A stretch of DNA of 64,000 bases from a virus: the IMG/VR virus record IMGVR_UViG_3300045988_155520, positions 192,001-256,000 of that record; one strand, written 5' to 3'. The notes below the pieces were generated by a model. It saw only the letters and a program-made list of their open reading frames with translations. It had not been told where the DNA came from and ran no database searches. Shown piece after piece: positions 8,676 through 17,319 of this stretch (positions within the stretch are counted from its first letter, which is position 1; the number at the start of each line of letters is the position of its first letter). The translations under genes were made by a program, and so were the position numbers.

Positions 8676-9374
8676 ATGAATAAAGAAATAAAAAACATAG
8701 ATGGTATACTTTATCAAGTAATAGACACTAAACTCTATTATAAAGGGACTTTATATATAATAAATCAATCAATAGATAAATTACCTGATAATTTAGTTGT
8801 AGATGGAGACCTTATTATTCATAATTGTTGTTTTTTAAAAAGAATACCTCATAAATTGAATGTTAATGGCTCATTGTATATCAATGAATGTAATATAAAA
8901 TCATTACCATGTAGTCTGAAAGTGAAAAATAATATAACACTTATCGGCTGTAGACAATTTACAACACTACCAAATAATTTAAATATTAATGGTCATCTTA
9001 CAATTGTAAATTCACCGATATTATCAATACCAGATAATATACATGTAGGACAGTCAATCACATTACGTTCAACCTCTATACAAAAACTCCCAAACAACTT
9101 AACAGTTAAAAGAGAACTTACTCTTAGTCATTGTTATGATTTAACTGTTTTACCAGAAAATTTAAAAGTAGAATATAATCTTATTCTGGATAGTTGCATT
9201 AACTTGAATACAATTTCAAAAAATACAATAGTCGGAAGTTATATGACTTTGAAAGATTGTTTTAAACTTACAGAACTACCAGAAGATTTAAAAGTAGGAA
9301 ATTTTATATTCTTAAAAACCTCATACTTAAATAATATACCAAATCACTTAAAAGAAAAGGTGATGGTTTCATAA
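8676..9374 (+). CDS. repeat protein (LPDNL-x-V-x-G-type ~23-aa LRR-like repeats), paralog 1 of 3
   Basis: LPDNLVVDGDLIIHNC, IPHKLNVNGSLYINEC, LPNNLNINGHLTIVNS, LPNNLTVKRELTLSHC, LPENLKVEYNLILDSC. Confidence 0.75.
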   Translation: MNKEIKNIDGILYQVIDTKLYYKGTLYIINQSIDKLPDNLVVDGDLIIHNCCFLKRIPHKLNVNGSLYINECNIKSLPCSLKVKNNITLIGCRQFTTLPNNLNINGHLTIVNSPILSIPDNIHVGQSITLRSTSIQKLPNNLTVKRELTLSHCYDLTVLPENLKVEYNLILDSCINLNTISKNTIVGSYMTLKDCFKLTELPEDLKVGNFIFLKTSYLNNIPNHLKEKVMVS

Positions 9375-9392
9375 ATTAAATGTTACGACAGA

Positions 9393-11456
9393 ATGAAACA
9401 AGAAAATAAAATATATAAAGAAATAGACGGTGTTAAATATGAAGTAAGAGATAATAAATACTTTTACGATGGTGACTTGAATATAGATAAAACAAATAAT
9501 GGTTATCTACCAGATAATTTAACTATATCAGGACATTTATATGCAGATAATTATGACAAAAATTTAGAACTCCCTAAAAACTTGACAGTTGGAGAAGATT
9601 TAAACTTGTATAATACACCAATAAAAACTTTACCGTCAGGTTTAATTGTAGGTGGAGATTTAGATGCAGACAATTGTACAATGCTGAAAGTTATACCTGA
9701 TTCATTAATTGTTGGAGGTAATTTAACTCTAAGCAATTGTACCAATCTCGTAGAACTATTAATTACTAAAGTTGGGGGGATATTAGATGTTGAAAACACA
9801 AAAATTAAAAAACTGCCAGATAATCTTATCGTTGGAGATTCCCTTTGGCTTGGATATACAAATATAACCGCATTACCAAATAAAATAACAGTAGGACGCT
9901 CCATTGATTTAAACGAAACCCCAATTGAATATATACCAAATGATATCGTTATTGGAGAAAATCTTATATTAAACAAATGTAAAAATATTTACACATTACC
10001 TGATAATATTACAATAGGTAATGACCTGTTTATTGAACGTTCAAATATTAAGACCTTACCACAAAATTTAACGGTGATAGGTGATTTGTTCTTATACTAT
10101 TACCAGAATATAAAAACTTTACCAGATAATATAATCGTACACGGAAATGTTTTTGCGGATGATTCAAGTATTAATAATACCTATGTTAATAAAATTATAC
10201 CCGAGAATGTAATCCATAAATTAAATGATTTACATAATATGGTGATTATATGGGAAAGAAATAATATAACATATATAAAAATAGGAAAACTCTTTACTGT
10301 AATTGATTCAAAATACCAAAACGTTTATCATGCACACGTACTCGGTGATGATACAAAACTATATATCTTAACTGACGGAGAAAATCATTGGGCATACGGA
10401 AAAACTAAAGAAGAAGCATGGATAAAACTTATGTACTCTATCAAAAGAGACCATATCATATACTATCATGATATGAGAATGAACACCAAAATTACAATAG
10501 AAGATGCTTCAAGTATGTTTAAAATAATAACAAATATATTTCATCAAGATATGAATAAAATTGATAACCCATTTAGATTTATACAACAAAAATATATTAC
10601 ATTAAATGATTTATATACACTGCTGAAACTACAATTCGGAAATGATGTGGTGGATAAATATATTAATGCCATAAATTCAACAGAACAATGCGATTGTACA
10701 GCGAAATATAACGATAATATTAAAACACTAACTGCATTTAAACCAATCATCATTACTCTTAATGGTGTGGGATTCTATAAAAAATTAAATCAAAAAATAC
10801 AAAAGCCATTCGATTCTAAGTTTAATAAACTTATGAATGAAACGCTTATATATCTTCTCGAAAATCTACCATATACAAAAGTTGGATATACATGGAGATA
10901 TGAAATGAATATCATTATTAATATTCCAACATATTTTAATACAAATGCACTGTGGAAAAGAGATGTATCAAAAATACAAAGTATTGTAGCATCAATGGCA
11001 AGCACATTCTTTACAAGAGAATATCATGAACTTTTCCAAACAGAAAATAATACAATACTCTTTGAATTTGATTGCCAAACATGGAATACACCAACAGTAG
11101 AAGATGCATATAATTGGTTAGTGTATAGACAAGAAGAATGTATTGATAATAGCATAAAACGTTTCGCAAGATTCTTCTTAACAATTGGAGAAATGAAAGG
11201 GAAGACATCAGAAGAACTTATCAAATATCTCATAGAACATTATAATACAAATTGGAATCATGAGAAAGCAGATAATAAGTTCGGAAGAATATTCATAAAA
11301 GAAAAAGTGATTCAATTCGATATAGATGAAAAAACAAATGAACAAAAAGTATATGGAAAAGAAGAATGGGAAAGATTATCAGTATTCTTCTTCACATTAA
11401 AAGATGAGAAAATAAAAGAGATTATTATCAACGAAATGAATAAAACAGATGAATAA
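9393..11456 (+). CDS. three-part protein: LPDNLTVGG-type repeats + shared central domain + C-terminal degenerate Thg1/TLP-like domain
   Basis: Repeats up to ~aa 260. Centre IWERNNITYIKIGKLFTVIDSKYQNVY...LTDGENHWAYGKTKEEA is shared with 11449-12648. C-terminus (about nt 10740-11310) has IIITLNGVGFYKKL, QKPFDSKFNKLMNE, LWKRDVSKIQSIVASMASTFFT, FDCQTWNTP...AYNWLVYRQEECIDNS. Confidence 0.7.
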   Translation: MKQENKIYKEIDGVKYEVRDNKYFYDGDLNIDKTNNGYLPDNLTISGHLYADNYDKNLELPKNLTVGEDLNLYNTPIKTLPSGLIVGGDLDADNCTMLKVIPDSLIVGGNLTLSNCTNLVELLITKVGGILDVENTKIKKLPDNLIVGDSLWLGYTNITALPNKITVGRSIDLNETPIEYIPNDIVIGENLILNKCKNIYTLPDNITIGNDLFIERSNIKTLPQNLTVIGDLFLYYYQNIKTLPDNIIVHGNVFADDSSINNTYVNKIIPENVIHKLNDLHNMVIIWERNNITYIKIGKLFTVIDSKYQNVYHAHVLGDDTKLYILTDGENHWAYGKTKEEAWIKLMYSIKRDHIIYYHDMRMNTKITIEDASSMFKIITNIFHQDMNKIDNPFRFIQQKYITLNDLYTLLKLQFGNDVVDKYINAINSTEQCDCTAKYNDNIKTLTAFKPIIITLNGVGFYKKLNQKIQKPFDSKFNKLMNETLIYLLENLPYTKVGYTWRYEMNIIINIPTYFNTNALWKRDVSKIQSIVASMASTFFTREYHELFQTENNTILFEFDCQTWNTPTVEDAYNWLVYRQEECIDNSIKRFARFFLTIGEMKGKTSEELIKYLIEHYNTNWNHEKADNKFGRIFIKEKVIQFDIDEKTNEQKVYGKEEWERLSVFFFTLKDEKIKEIIINEMNKTDE

Positions 11457-12648
11457 TGTAATAAAACAATTTGTTAAAGAAACTGGTTACAATTTAGAAA
11501 TAAGGAATGGAAAACCATATTATATTGGCGATTTGGATTTACGTGATATCACTATCTCATCTATTCCAAATGACCTAACTGTAGATGGAAATTTATTTCT
11601 AAAAGGCGATAACGCTAAATTGATGCCAGATAATTTAACAGTATTAGATAAATTATCAATATGGTGTGCTAATATTAAATCCTTACCTAATAATCTGATA
11701 GTAAGATATGGATTAGATTTTATAGACTCCACAATAGAAAATATCCCTAACAATACTGTTATTGGAGGATGGCTTAATTTAAGTGGTACAGCAATTACAG
11801 AGTTACCTGATAACCTAACCATTGGAGGAACTCTTTACCTACTTAATAGTAAAATCACTTCATTACCAAATAACTTAACTGTAGGAGGCGGAATTGATTT
11901 ATCTAATAGTTCAATTAAAACGATACCTCAAAACTTAACAGTACATACTTTTTTAGATTTAGGTGATACAAATATCACATCACTTCCAGATAATTTAACT
12001 GTAGGAGGTTATCTTGATTTGGAATATTCAAATATTATTAAAATTCCTAATAATTTAACTGTATATGGCTATCTTTGTTTGGAAGGCACAAAAATTGAAG
12101 AAGTACCAAATGATTCATTAATATATGGCTGTATATACTATAATGATAATCGTATGGTTCACCCATCACTCCCTTTAGAGGATTATGACAAACGTCAAAA
12201 ATTCCGAAATGAACCTATCTTCTGGGAATCTAATGGGGTGAGGTATATTAAAGTGGATGATATTCTTAGTATCATTGATTCTCAACATGGCAATGTTTAT
12301 CGCACTCATCAGGTCGGTTATGATAAAGAATTATATATTGTTACCGATGGAGAAAATAATTGGGCACATGGTGAAACCCTTAAAGAAGCAAAACTTGACC
12401 TAATTTATAAAATTTCAGACAGAGATACATCCGCTTACAAAAACATGTCACTTGATGATGTCTTGACGTTTGAAGAAGCTATTATAGCATATCGTACCAT
12501 TACTGGTGCATGTTCAGCTGGTACAAGAGATTTTATAGAACACCGACTACCAGAACCACGCAAGAAAACATATACAATAGGAGAAATTATTGAATTGACC
12601 GATAATGAATATGGTAGTGATAAATTTAAAGAGTTTTTTGGAAAATGA
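11449..12648 (+). CDS. repeat protein (LPDNLTVGG-type repeats + shared central domain), paralog 3 of 3
   Basis: LPDNLTIGGTLYLLNSKITSLPNNLTVGGGIDLSNSSIKTIPQNLTV..., then FWESNGVRYIKVDDILSIIDSQHGNVY...VTDGENNWAHGETLKEA. Confidence 0.75.
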   Translation: MNNVIKQFVKETGYNLEIRNGKPYYIGDLDLRDITISSIPNDLTVDGNLFLKGDNAKLMPDNLTVLDKLSIWCANIKSLPNNLIVRYGLDFIDSTIENIPNNTVIGGWLNLSGTAITELPDNLTIGGTLYLLNSKITSLPNNLTVGGGIDLSNSSIKTIPQNLTVHTFLDLGDTNITSLPDNLTVGGYLDLEYSNIIKIPNNLTVYGYLCLEGTKIEEVPNDSLIYGCIYYNDNRMVHPSLPLEDYDKRQKFRNEPIFWESNGVRYIKVDDILSIIDSQHGNVYRTHQVGYDKELYIVTDGENNWAHGETLKEAKLDLIYKISDRDTSAYKNMSLDDVLTFEEAIIAYRTITGACSAGTRDFIEHRLPEPRKKTYTIGEIIELTDNEYGSDKFKEFFGK

Positions 12649-12672
12649 TTATTAACAAGTTATTTAAAATAG

Positions 12673-12966
12673 ATGAAGAAAAATTTAAAATTAGAAAACT
12701 TACTTAGAGAATTTTTAAATATTATGGTAAAACGATATACTTGGCTTACTATAAAATTTGAATATAACGAAAATAAACAACAATATCTTGTATCATATTC
12801 ACCTAAAGATAGAATACAAAGTGATAATGAATTTATGACAGATAGTATGATGTTGGAAGATATGTTTAATGATTTTTTTGGAGAATATGCACCACTGTTC
12901 TGTGATGAAGAAGAATATTTCAAACTATCTCCTAATGCAGAAGTAATAAAATATGAAAGCAAATAG
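12673..12966 (+). CDS. hypothetical acidic protein
   Basis: 97-aa ORF with ordinary composition. The overlapping reverse ORF 12660-13016 is low-complexity and hydrophobic. Confidence 0.55.
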   Translation: MKKNLKLENLLREFLNIMVKRYTWLTIKFEYNENKQQYLVSYSPKDRIQSDNEFMTDSMMLEDMFNDFFGEYAPLFCDEEEYFKLSPNAEVIKYESK

Positions 12967-13009
12967 ATAAATAATAAAACTATAAAGTAATTTATATAGT
13001 ATACGAATA

Positions 13010-13040
13010 TAAGCATTGCGAAAATTAATCGTAGTGCTTA
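13010..13040 (+). terminator. hairpin + T-tract ending the forward block
   Basis: TAAGCATTGCG pairs with CGTAGTGCTTA (one wobble, one mismatch), followed by TTTT. Confidence 0.55.
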
Positions 13041-13426
13041 TTTTAGTTTTAATAAATCTATAGTAAAAAAAAAATGAAATATTAATATAGATACATAAAA
13101 AATGATGACCCTTCTGGAAAATATAAGAAAAAATTTTTTGGAAAATTTTTTTTGAAAGGGTATGGGTAAGAAAAAAGGCCCCATCATGGAAAACGGTGAA
13201 TTTTTTTGGAAAATTTTGGACGGAGAACCGTGGGCGTTCTCAAACACCCCCTTTTATGGCGGTGGGTAGGTGGGTTAAATAGGTGTCCCCCCCATAGGGT
13301 CTACCAATACTATATATTCAGTGAACAAATTAAAATTAAAGCATATTCTTTTTAATTCTAACCGCTTAATAAAATAAAATGATATAAGTTATCATATAAA
13401 TTATTTAAAGTCCTTACAGACGAAAT

Positions 13427-13463
13427 AAAAGGGGTACAGACAAATCAAACAAGTACCCCTTTT
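13427..13463 (-). terminator. hairpin + T-tract, last terminator of the reverse array
   Basis: AAAAGGGGTAC pairs with GTACCCCTTTT. The reverse strand continues TTTATTTCGTCTG. Confidence 0.8.
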
Positions 13464-13473
13464 CTCTATCATG

Positions 13474-13815
13474 CTACAATTTTTTATTTCTAATAACCCA
13501 GTCCGTTTTAATCCACTTTTTTAATGTATTAACCAACATCTTTCTTAATTGTGAAAGATTTTTACACCTCAAATATTTTGGTTCACACTCAATAACCTCA
13601 AATTTATCAAACGCCCTGCATAAACCTTTTTCAAGTAGTTTATTATGAAAGGTTGTTAATTCTTTTTTTTCCTCAACTGATAATATTTCAGACAGCATAA
13701 TAAAACCGACCCCCGAAAACAAATCTATATTATAGATTTTTAAAGTAAAGTTCTCATCAAATTCTAATTTGAGAACACATTTAAAAGTATATTCGCCTAC
13801 TTGTTTAATTTCCAT
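13474..13815 (-). CDS. hypothetical protein
   Basis: 113-aa ORF, 20 nt after the upstream gene. Confidence 0.65.
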   Translation of the reverse strand: MEIKQVGEYTFKCVLKLEFDENFTLKIYNIDLFSGVGFIMLSEILSVEEKKELTTFHNKLLEKGLCRAFDKFEVIECEPKYLRCKNLSQLRKMLVNTLKKWIKTDWVIRNKKL

Positions 13816-13835
13816 AGTCCAATATATTTAGTTAG

Positions 13836-14078
13836 TTACTTTACTTCAATTCCATATACGTAATACATATCGTATTCGCCCGAATTAATGTTTTCAAATA
13901 CTACTTTATAGTCGGTGGTTGTAACTTTAATATCCTTAGTAATTTTATCTTTGTGCTTTTGCACACACTCGTTCCAATATTTTTTAGCGTCCTCCTCCTT
14001 TTGGAAAAGTTCTAAAATCTTATCATACTCGCAATAATTGTTATGAGTAGTAAACCAAACACCATATACTTTATTCAT
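13836..14078 (-). CDS. hypothetical protein (weakly resembles 16676-16939 and 16978-17256)
   Basis: 80-aa ORF with a conserved leader and CATAATTC start context. Shares the ...EEDAKK... motif. Confidence 0.7.
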   Translation of the reverse strand: MNKVYGVWFTTHNNYCEYDKILELFQKEEDAKKYWNECVQKHKDKITKDIKVTTTDYKVVFENINSGEYDMYYVYGIEVK

Positions 14079-14152
14079 AATTCAATGATTTAATTTAACC
14101 GATACTTGAAATAGGGTGGTCGGTTGTTAACCCCTTTATTATTGATTGACGA

Positions 14153-14187
14153 TGCAAAGATAAGCAATTAATTTTAAACTACCAAAT
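14153..14187 (-). promoter_or_regulatory. Bacteroidota-type promoter
   Basis: rc -7 TGCAAAG at 14153-14159 and rc -33 ACCAAA at 14181-14186. Confidence 0.75.
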
Positions 14188-14238
14188 GTTTTATTAAAAA
14201 TATTCATAGCGTTAACTTTTATTAACAATTAAGTATTA

Positions 14239-14270
14239 TTCCTTCGTGTGTGCGTATATATAATATTATA
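14239..14270. repeat. intergenic-block core (alternating purine/pyrimidine), orientation A
   Basis: TTCCTTCGTGTGTGCGTATATATAATATTATA. Perfect Py/Pu alternation over 14245-14262. Confidence 0.8.
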
Positions 14271-14398
14271 ACAATAAAGTAAATTACGCTATTAGTTCAT
14301 TTATTTGCGTTCTAATACGTTTAATTAAAGAAATACTGTAATTATAGGTTTGTTTGAATAAAACCGCTTAAAAGTGAAATAAACCATATATAAACAAT

Positions 14399-14429
14399 AA
14401 AGGTAGTACCCTAAATTGATACTACCTTT
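14399..14429 (-). terminator. hairpin terminator
   Basis: AAAGGTAGTA pairs with TACTACCTTT, directly after the stop of 14437-15015. Confidence 0.8.
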
Positions 14430-14436
14430 CAAGTAT

Positions 14437-15015
14437 TTACTTTGTCAACATATCCCACAACATTTTTAGGTCGTGCGTTTTACCTATTTGCACAATGTTC
14501 TGTAGTTTATATGTAACAACCTTCGTTTGCTCCTCCATTTCAAGTCCTGCCTCCGTTTGTTTTGCATTGTCTTTTTTAGGTGCGGTATAAATCCAACTTT
14601 CAATGTCCGCACGTGTTGTGTCGTCTGTGACCACTTTGCCGTCTAATACAAAGACGTTTTCAAAAGTGGTTTTGTCTGAAGGGCGGTAATTCATTGTTAA
14701 ATAAAATTGTTCACTATCTTTGTCAGACTGAAGAATATAAGGGTACATACCTTCTACAAATTTCATTCCTTTTCGGGGTGCTGCTTTGTAGTCAGTATCA
14801 AGTCCCTTCTTTTCCAAAGTAGCGTTTACACTATTTACATAACTACCAAAACGGCAATTTGTTATTAGTGTCATTTTCTCTACCCTTCCCACGAAAGGAC
14901 AACTTTTACCTCCTCTAAATTTTGGTTCCGACTTTACAACCATTGCAGCACCAAACTTTGTGCTAATAGTCTTAACTAAATTGTAAACGCTTTCGATGTT
15001 TGTTGTATTATTCAT
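14437..15015 (-). CDS. hypothetical protein
   Basis: 192-aa ORF with conserved leader and promoter. No motif I can name. Confidence 0.75.
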   Translation of the reverse strand: MNNTTNIESVYNLVKTISTKFGAAMVVKSEPKFRGGKSCPFVGRVEKMTLITNCRFGSYVNSVNATLEKKGLDTDYKAAPRKGMKFVEGMYPYILQSDKDSEQFYLTMNYRPSDKTTFENVFVLDGKVVTDDTTRADIESWIYTAPKKDNAKQTEAGLEMEEQTKVVTYKLQNIVQIGKTHDLKMLWDMLTK

Positions 15016-15090
15016 AATTCAATGATAATTAATTTAACGGACATTTTATTTAGGTAGTCTGTTGTTATACCTTTTGTTATTGATTGACAT

Positions 15091-15125
15091 TGCAAAGATA
15101 GGCAATTAATTTGAGTTATGCAAAT
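15091..15125 (-). promoter_or_regulatory. Bacteroidota-type promoter
   Basis: rc -7 TGCAAAG at 15091-15097 and rc -33 GCAAA at 15120-15124. Confidence 0.7.
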
Positions 15126-15173
15126 AAAATAAAGTATTTAACATTATTTTAACAATAAAAACTACTCTTTGTT

Positions 15174-15395
15174 TTAATATCTATTGTGTCCATAATTCTT
15201 TTCCACGTAATGTTCACCGATTTTATTATAGATGTCTTCAATGTGGATAAGTATTAGACACACGAAATAGACACCTAAAAGAATAAACCACGCTGAAATA
15301 TTTTGACAGCCACTAAGAAGTAAGTAAGCGTTTACAATATACATTAATATTGTTGACAAACATACCAAGCCATATTGTATAAAAATTTTATTCAT
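15174..15395 (-). CDS. small membrane protein (two predicted TM segments)
   Basis: 73 aa, hydrophobic (LVCLSTILMYIVNAYLLL, AWFILLGVYFVCLILI). C-half resembles the product of 15458-15601. Confidence 0.65.
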   Translation of the reverse strand: MNKIFIQYGLVCLSTILMYIVNAYLLLSGCQNISAWFILLGVYFVCLILIHIEDIYNKIGEHYVEKNYGHNRY

Positions 15396-15457
15396 AATTC
15401 AATATCTTTAAATTTAACCAACTCTTTAATTAGGGTGGTCGGTTGTTTAACCCTTTG

Positions 15458-15601
15458 TTATTTATTTATCAAATAGACACCTAAAAACATAAAGCAATAT
15501 GAAATCATTTTCCAATCACTCAAAGTTGAGTAAGTGTGTGCAACATGAAGTAATATTATTAACAATAATATTAAACCAATCAGTATTATATTTCTTTTCA
15601 T
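15458..15601 (-). CDS. small membrane protein (47 aa), paralog of 15174-15395
   Basis: ATG 15601-15599 to stop 15460-15458: MKRNIILIGLILLLIILLHVAHTYSTLSDWKMISYCFMFLGVYLINK. Promoter lies 50 nt upstream. Below the track cutoff. Confidence 0.55.
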   Translation of the reverse strand: MKRNIILIGLILLLIILLHVAHTYSTLSDWKMISYCFMFLGVYLINK

Positions 15602-15652
15602 AATTCAATGTTTTTAAAAAATTTTGTGGGACTATTCTTATTTGATTGATGT

Positions 15653-15687
15653 TGCAAAGTTAAGCAATTTATTTCATTCCACAAAAT
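15653..15687 (-). promoter_or_regulatory. Bacteroidota-type promoter
   Basis: rc -7 TGCAAAG at 15653-15659 and rc -33 CACAAAA at 15680-15686. Confidence 0.7.
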
Positions 15688-15725
15688 TATTATAGTTAAT
15701 TAAAGTTAACGCACGTATTTTACTT

Positions 15726-15741
15726 GTACTTATATAAGTCA
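15726..15741. promoter_or_regulatory. 16-bp palindrome copy (GTACTTATATAAGTCA)
   Basis: Family GTACTTA-NN-TAAGTA. Lies just upstream of the GTTAA element and the promoter at 15653-15687. Confidence 0.7.
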
Positions 15742-15770
15742 GTGTTTGGATATTGATTTGGTTTATATGT

Positions 15771-15810
15771 CTTATACGTGTGTATATATAATATATATAT
15801 AATATAATAA
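15771..15810. repeat. intergenic-block core, orientation A (partial)
   Basis: CTTATACGTGTGTATATATAATATATATATAATATAATAA. Confidence 0.6.
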
Positions 15811-15811
15811 C

Positions 15812-15843
15812 AAAGGGACAGCAATATAAATTACTATCCCTTT
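15812..15843 (-). terminator. hairpin terminator
   Basis: AAAGGGA pairs with TCCCTTT after the stop of 15871-16182. Confidence 0.65.
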
Positions 15844-15870
15844 TATACAAGTTATCTATGTGTTTGTTTA

Positions 15871-16182
15871 TTAATACTCTTGTTCCTCAAAGTAGTCAAT
15901 AATCTCATCAATATTATCATTAATGGTTAACATAACATCGCCTGCTGTACCGCTAATTACATTTCCGTTTCTGTCATATTTAAAGAAACTATCGTATGGG
16001 TTAAACTTTCCGCTTGCGAGTTTGCGTGCAATTTCAAATGGTGGGTAGTCTGCAAAATGATTATCAAAGTCGCTCATTGCATACCATTTGTTTGGTGACT
16101 CTACAGCATCCCAATACTCTTCGGCATATTGAAATTTCTCTACTGGTGATAAAGTTTCCCACTTTTCATATAAATTTTCCAT
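15871..16182 (-). CDS. hypothetical acidic protein, paralog of 16296-16604
   Basis: MENLYEKWETLSPVEKFQYAEEYWDAVESPNKWYAM versus MERLYRIWKTLSPIDKFFYAQEYWKSVNSPKMWYGM. Confidence 0.75.
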   Translation of the reverse strand: MENLYEKWETLSPVEKFQYAEEYWDAVESPNKWYAMSDFDNHFADYPPFEIARKLASGKFNPYDSFFKYDRNGNVISGTAGDVMLTINDNIDEIIDYFEEQEY

Positions 16183-16264
16183 ATCTATATTTTACTTTTT
16201 ATTATGTATTTATTTGCTTTAAAAGTTGATTTAATCTTATATAATTATCATACACAATCTATTT

Positions 16265-16280
16265 GTACTTAATTAAGTAT
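16265..16280. promoter_or_regulatory. 16-bp palindrome copy (GTACTTAATTAAGTAT)
   Basis: In the 113-bp gap upstream of 15871-16182, which lacks a TGCAAAG-type promoter. Confidence 0.7.
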
Positions 16281-16295
16281 AGATGTAATAATAAT

Positions 16296-16604
16296 TTATA
16301 ATTCGTTTGCGTTATATTCTATAATGTTATCAATATCGGAATTAATATCCTTCATGACATCTTCTGCGTTTCCGCTAACTAAAAGATGATGTTCATTGTA
16401 TCTAAAGAAACTATCTCTTATATCAAACTCTCTTGGTTGTATTATGCTTAAAACATCAATAGGTTTGTAACCTTTTAACTTTGTATCTATTTCATTCATT
16501 CCATACCACATTTTTGGTGAGTTAACACTCTTCCAATACTCTTGTGCGTAAAAGAATTTATCTATAGGTGATAATGTCTTCCAAATTCTATATAAACGTT
16601 CCAT
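16296..16604 (-). CDS. hypothetical protein, paralog of 15871-16182
   Basis: See the motifs listed for 15871-16182. Confidence 0.75.
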   Translation of the reverse strand: MERLYRIWKTLSPIDKFFYAQEYWKSVNSPKMWYGMNEIDTKLKGYKPIDVLSIIQPREFDIRDSFFRYNEHHLLVSGNAEDVMKDINSDIDNIIEYNANEL

Positions 16605-16675
16605 ATATTATTAATTGTATATTTTATCTATTCTATTTAATAAATATGTTTATTTAGAATAAAAATAACTCCCTA

Positions 16676-16939
16676 TTAATAGAGAGTTATCTTCTTTATT
16701 TCAATTTTACTATACTCATCGCTATCTATTACATTAATATAAATTGCGTGTTCATTCTCATCTACAAAAATGTCGTCTATAGGAAACTCGTTTTCAAAGT
16801 AAGACATATCTTCTTTGATAAGTTCCTTCATTTTCTTTTTAGCGTCTTCCTCGTTGCTATACGCTGCAATAGTAGCATAGTATGTTTCTCCACACATTTG
16901 TGTTTCCTGTGTAACGATAAAAATATTCTTTCCTTCCAT
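16676..16939 (-). CDS. hypothetical protein
   Basis: 87-aa ORF with CATAATT start context. Confidence 0.7.
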   Translation of the reverse strand: MEGKNIFIVTQETQMCGETYYATIAAYSNEEDAKKKMKELIKEDMSYFENEFPIDDIFVDENEHAIYINVIDSDEYSKIEIKKITLY

Positions 16940-16977
16940 AATTATTCTTTGTTTTTATTTGTTAATAAATTTATCTG

Positions 16978-17256
16978 TTACTTTTCCCACTTATCAAGTA
17001 TTGTTTCGGTAATTCTCAATGTTGTGTGAACACTATTCTGAACTTCTGAAATGTGCATTATATCATCACTCTTTGTAATTATATAATCATTTTTATTCAT
17101 TTTGGAATATTCACTCTCGTAAATAGTTTCAAATGTTTCCTTCATTGCTTGTTTAGCACTTCTTTCACTACTAAATGTGCCAAGTACTAATACATCATTA
17201 GTAAACTTAACTTTTTCCTCCAACGTTAAAACGTACACTTTCTTAATTTGTTTCAT
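16978..17256 (-). CDS. hypothetical protein
   Basis: 92-aa ORF with CATAATTCTTATTTG context, downstream of the promoter at 17285-17319. Confidence 0.7.
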   Translation of the reverse strand: MKQIKKVYVLTLEEKVKFTNDVLVLGTFSSERSAKQAMKETFETIYESEYSKMNKNDYIITKSDDIMHISEVQNSVHTTLRITETILDKWEK

Positions 17257-17284
17257 AATTCTTATTTGTTTTCTGATTTACATT

Positions 17285-17319
17285 TGCAAAGTTAAGGATA
17301 ATAATTGATATTACCAAAT
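17285..17319 (-). promoter_or_regulatory. Bacteroidota-type promoter
   Basis: rc -7 TGCAAAG at 17285-17291 and rc -33 ACCAAA at 17313-17318. Confidence 0.75.
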
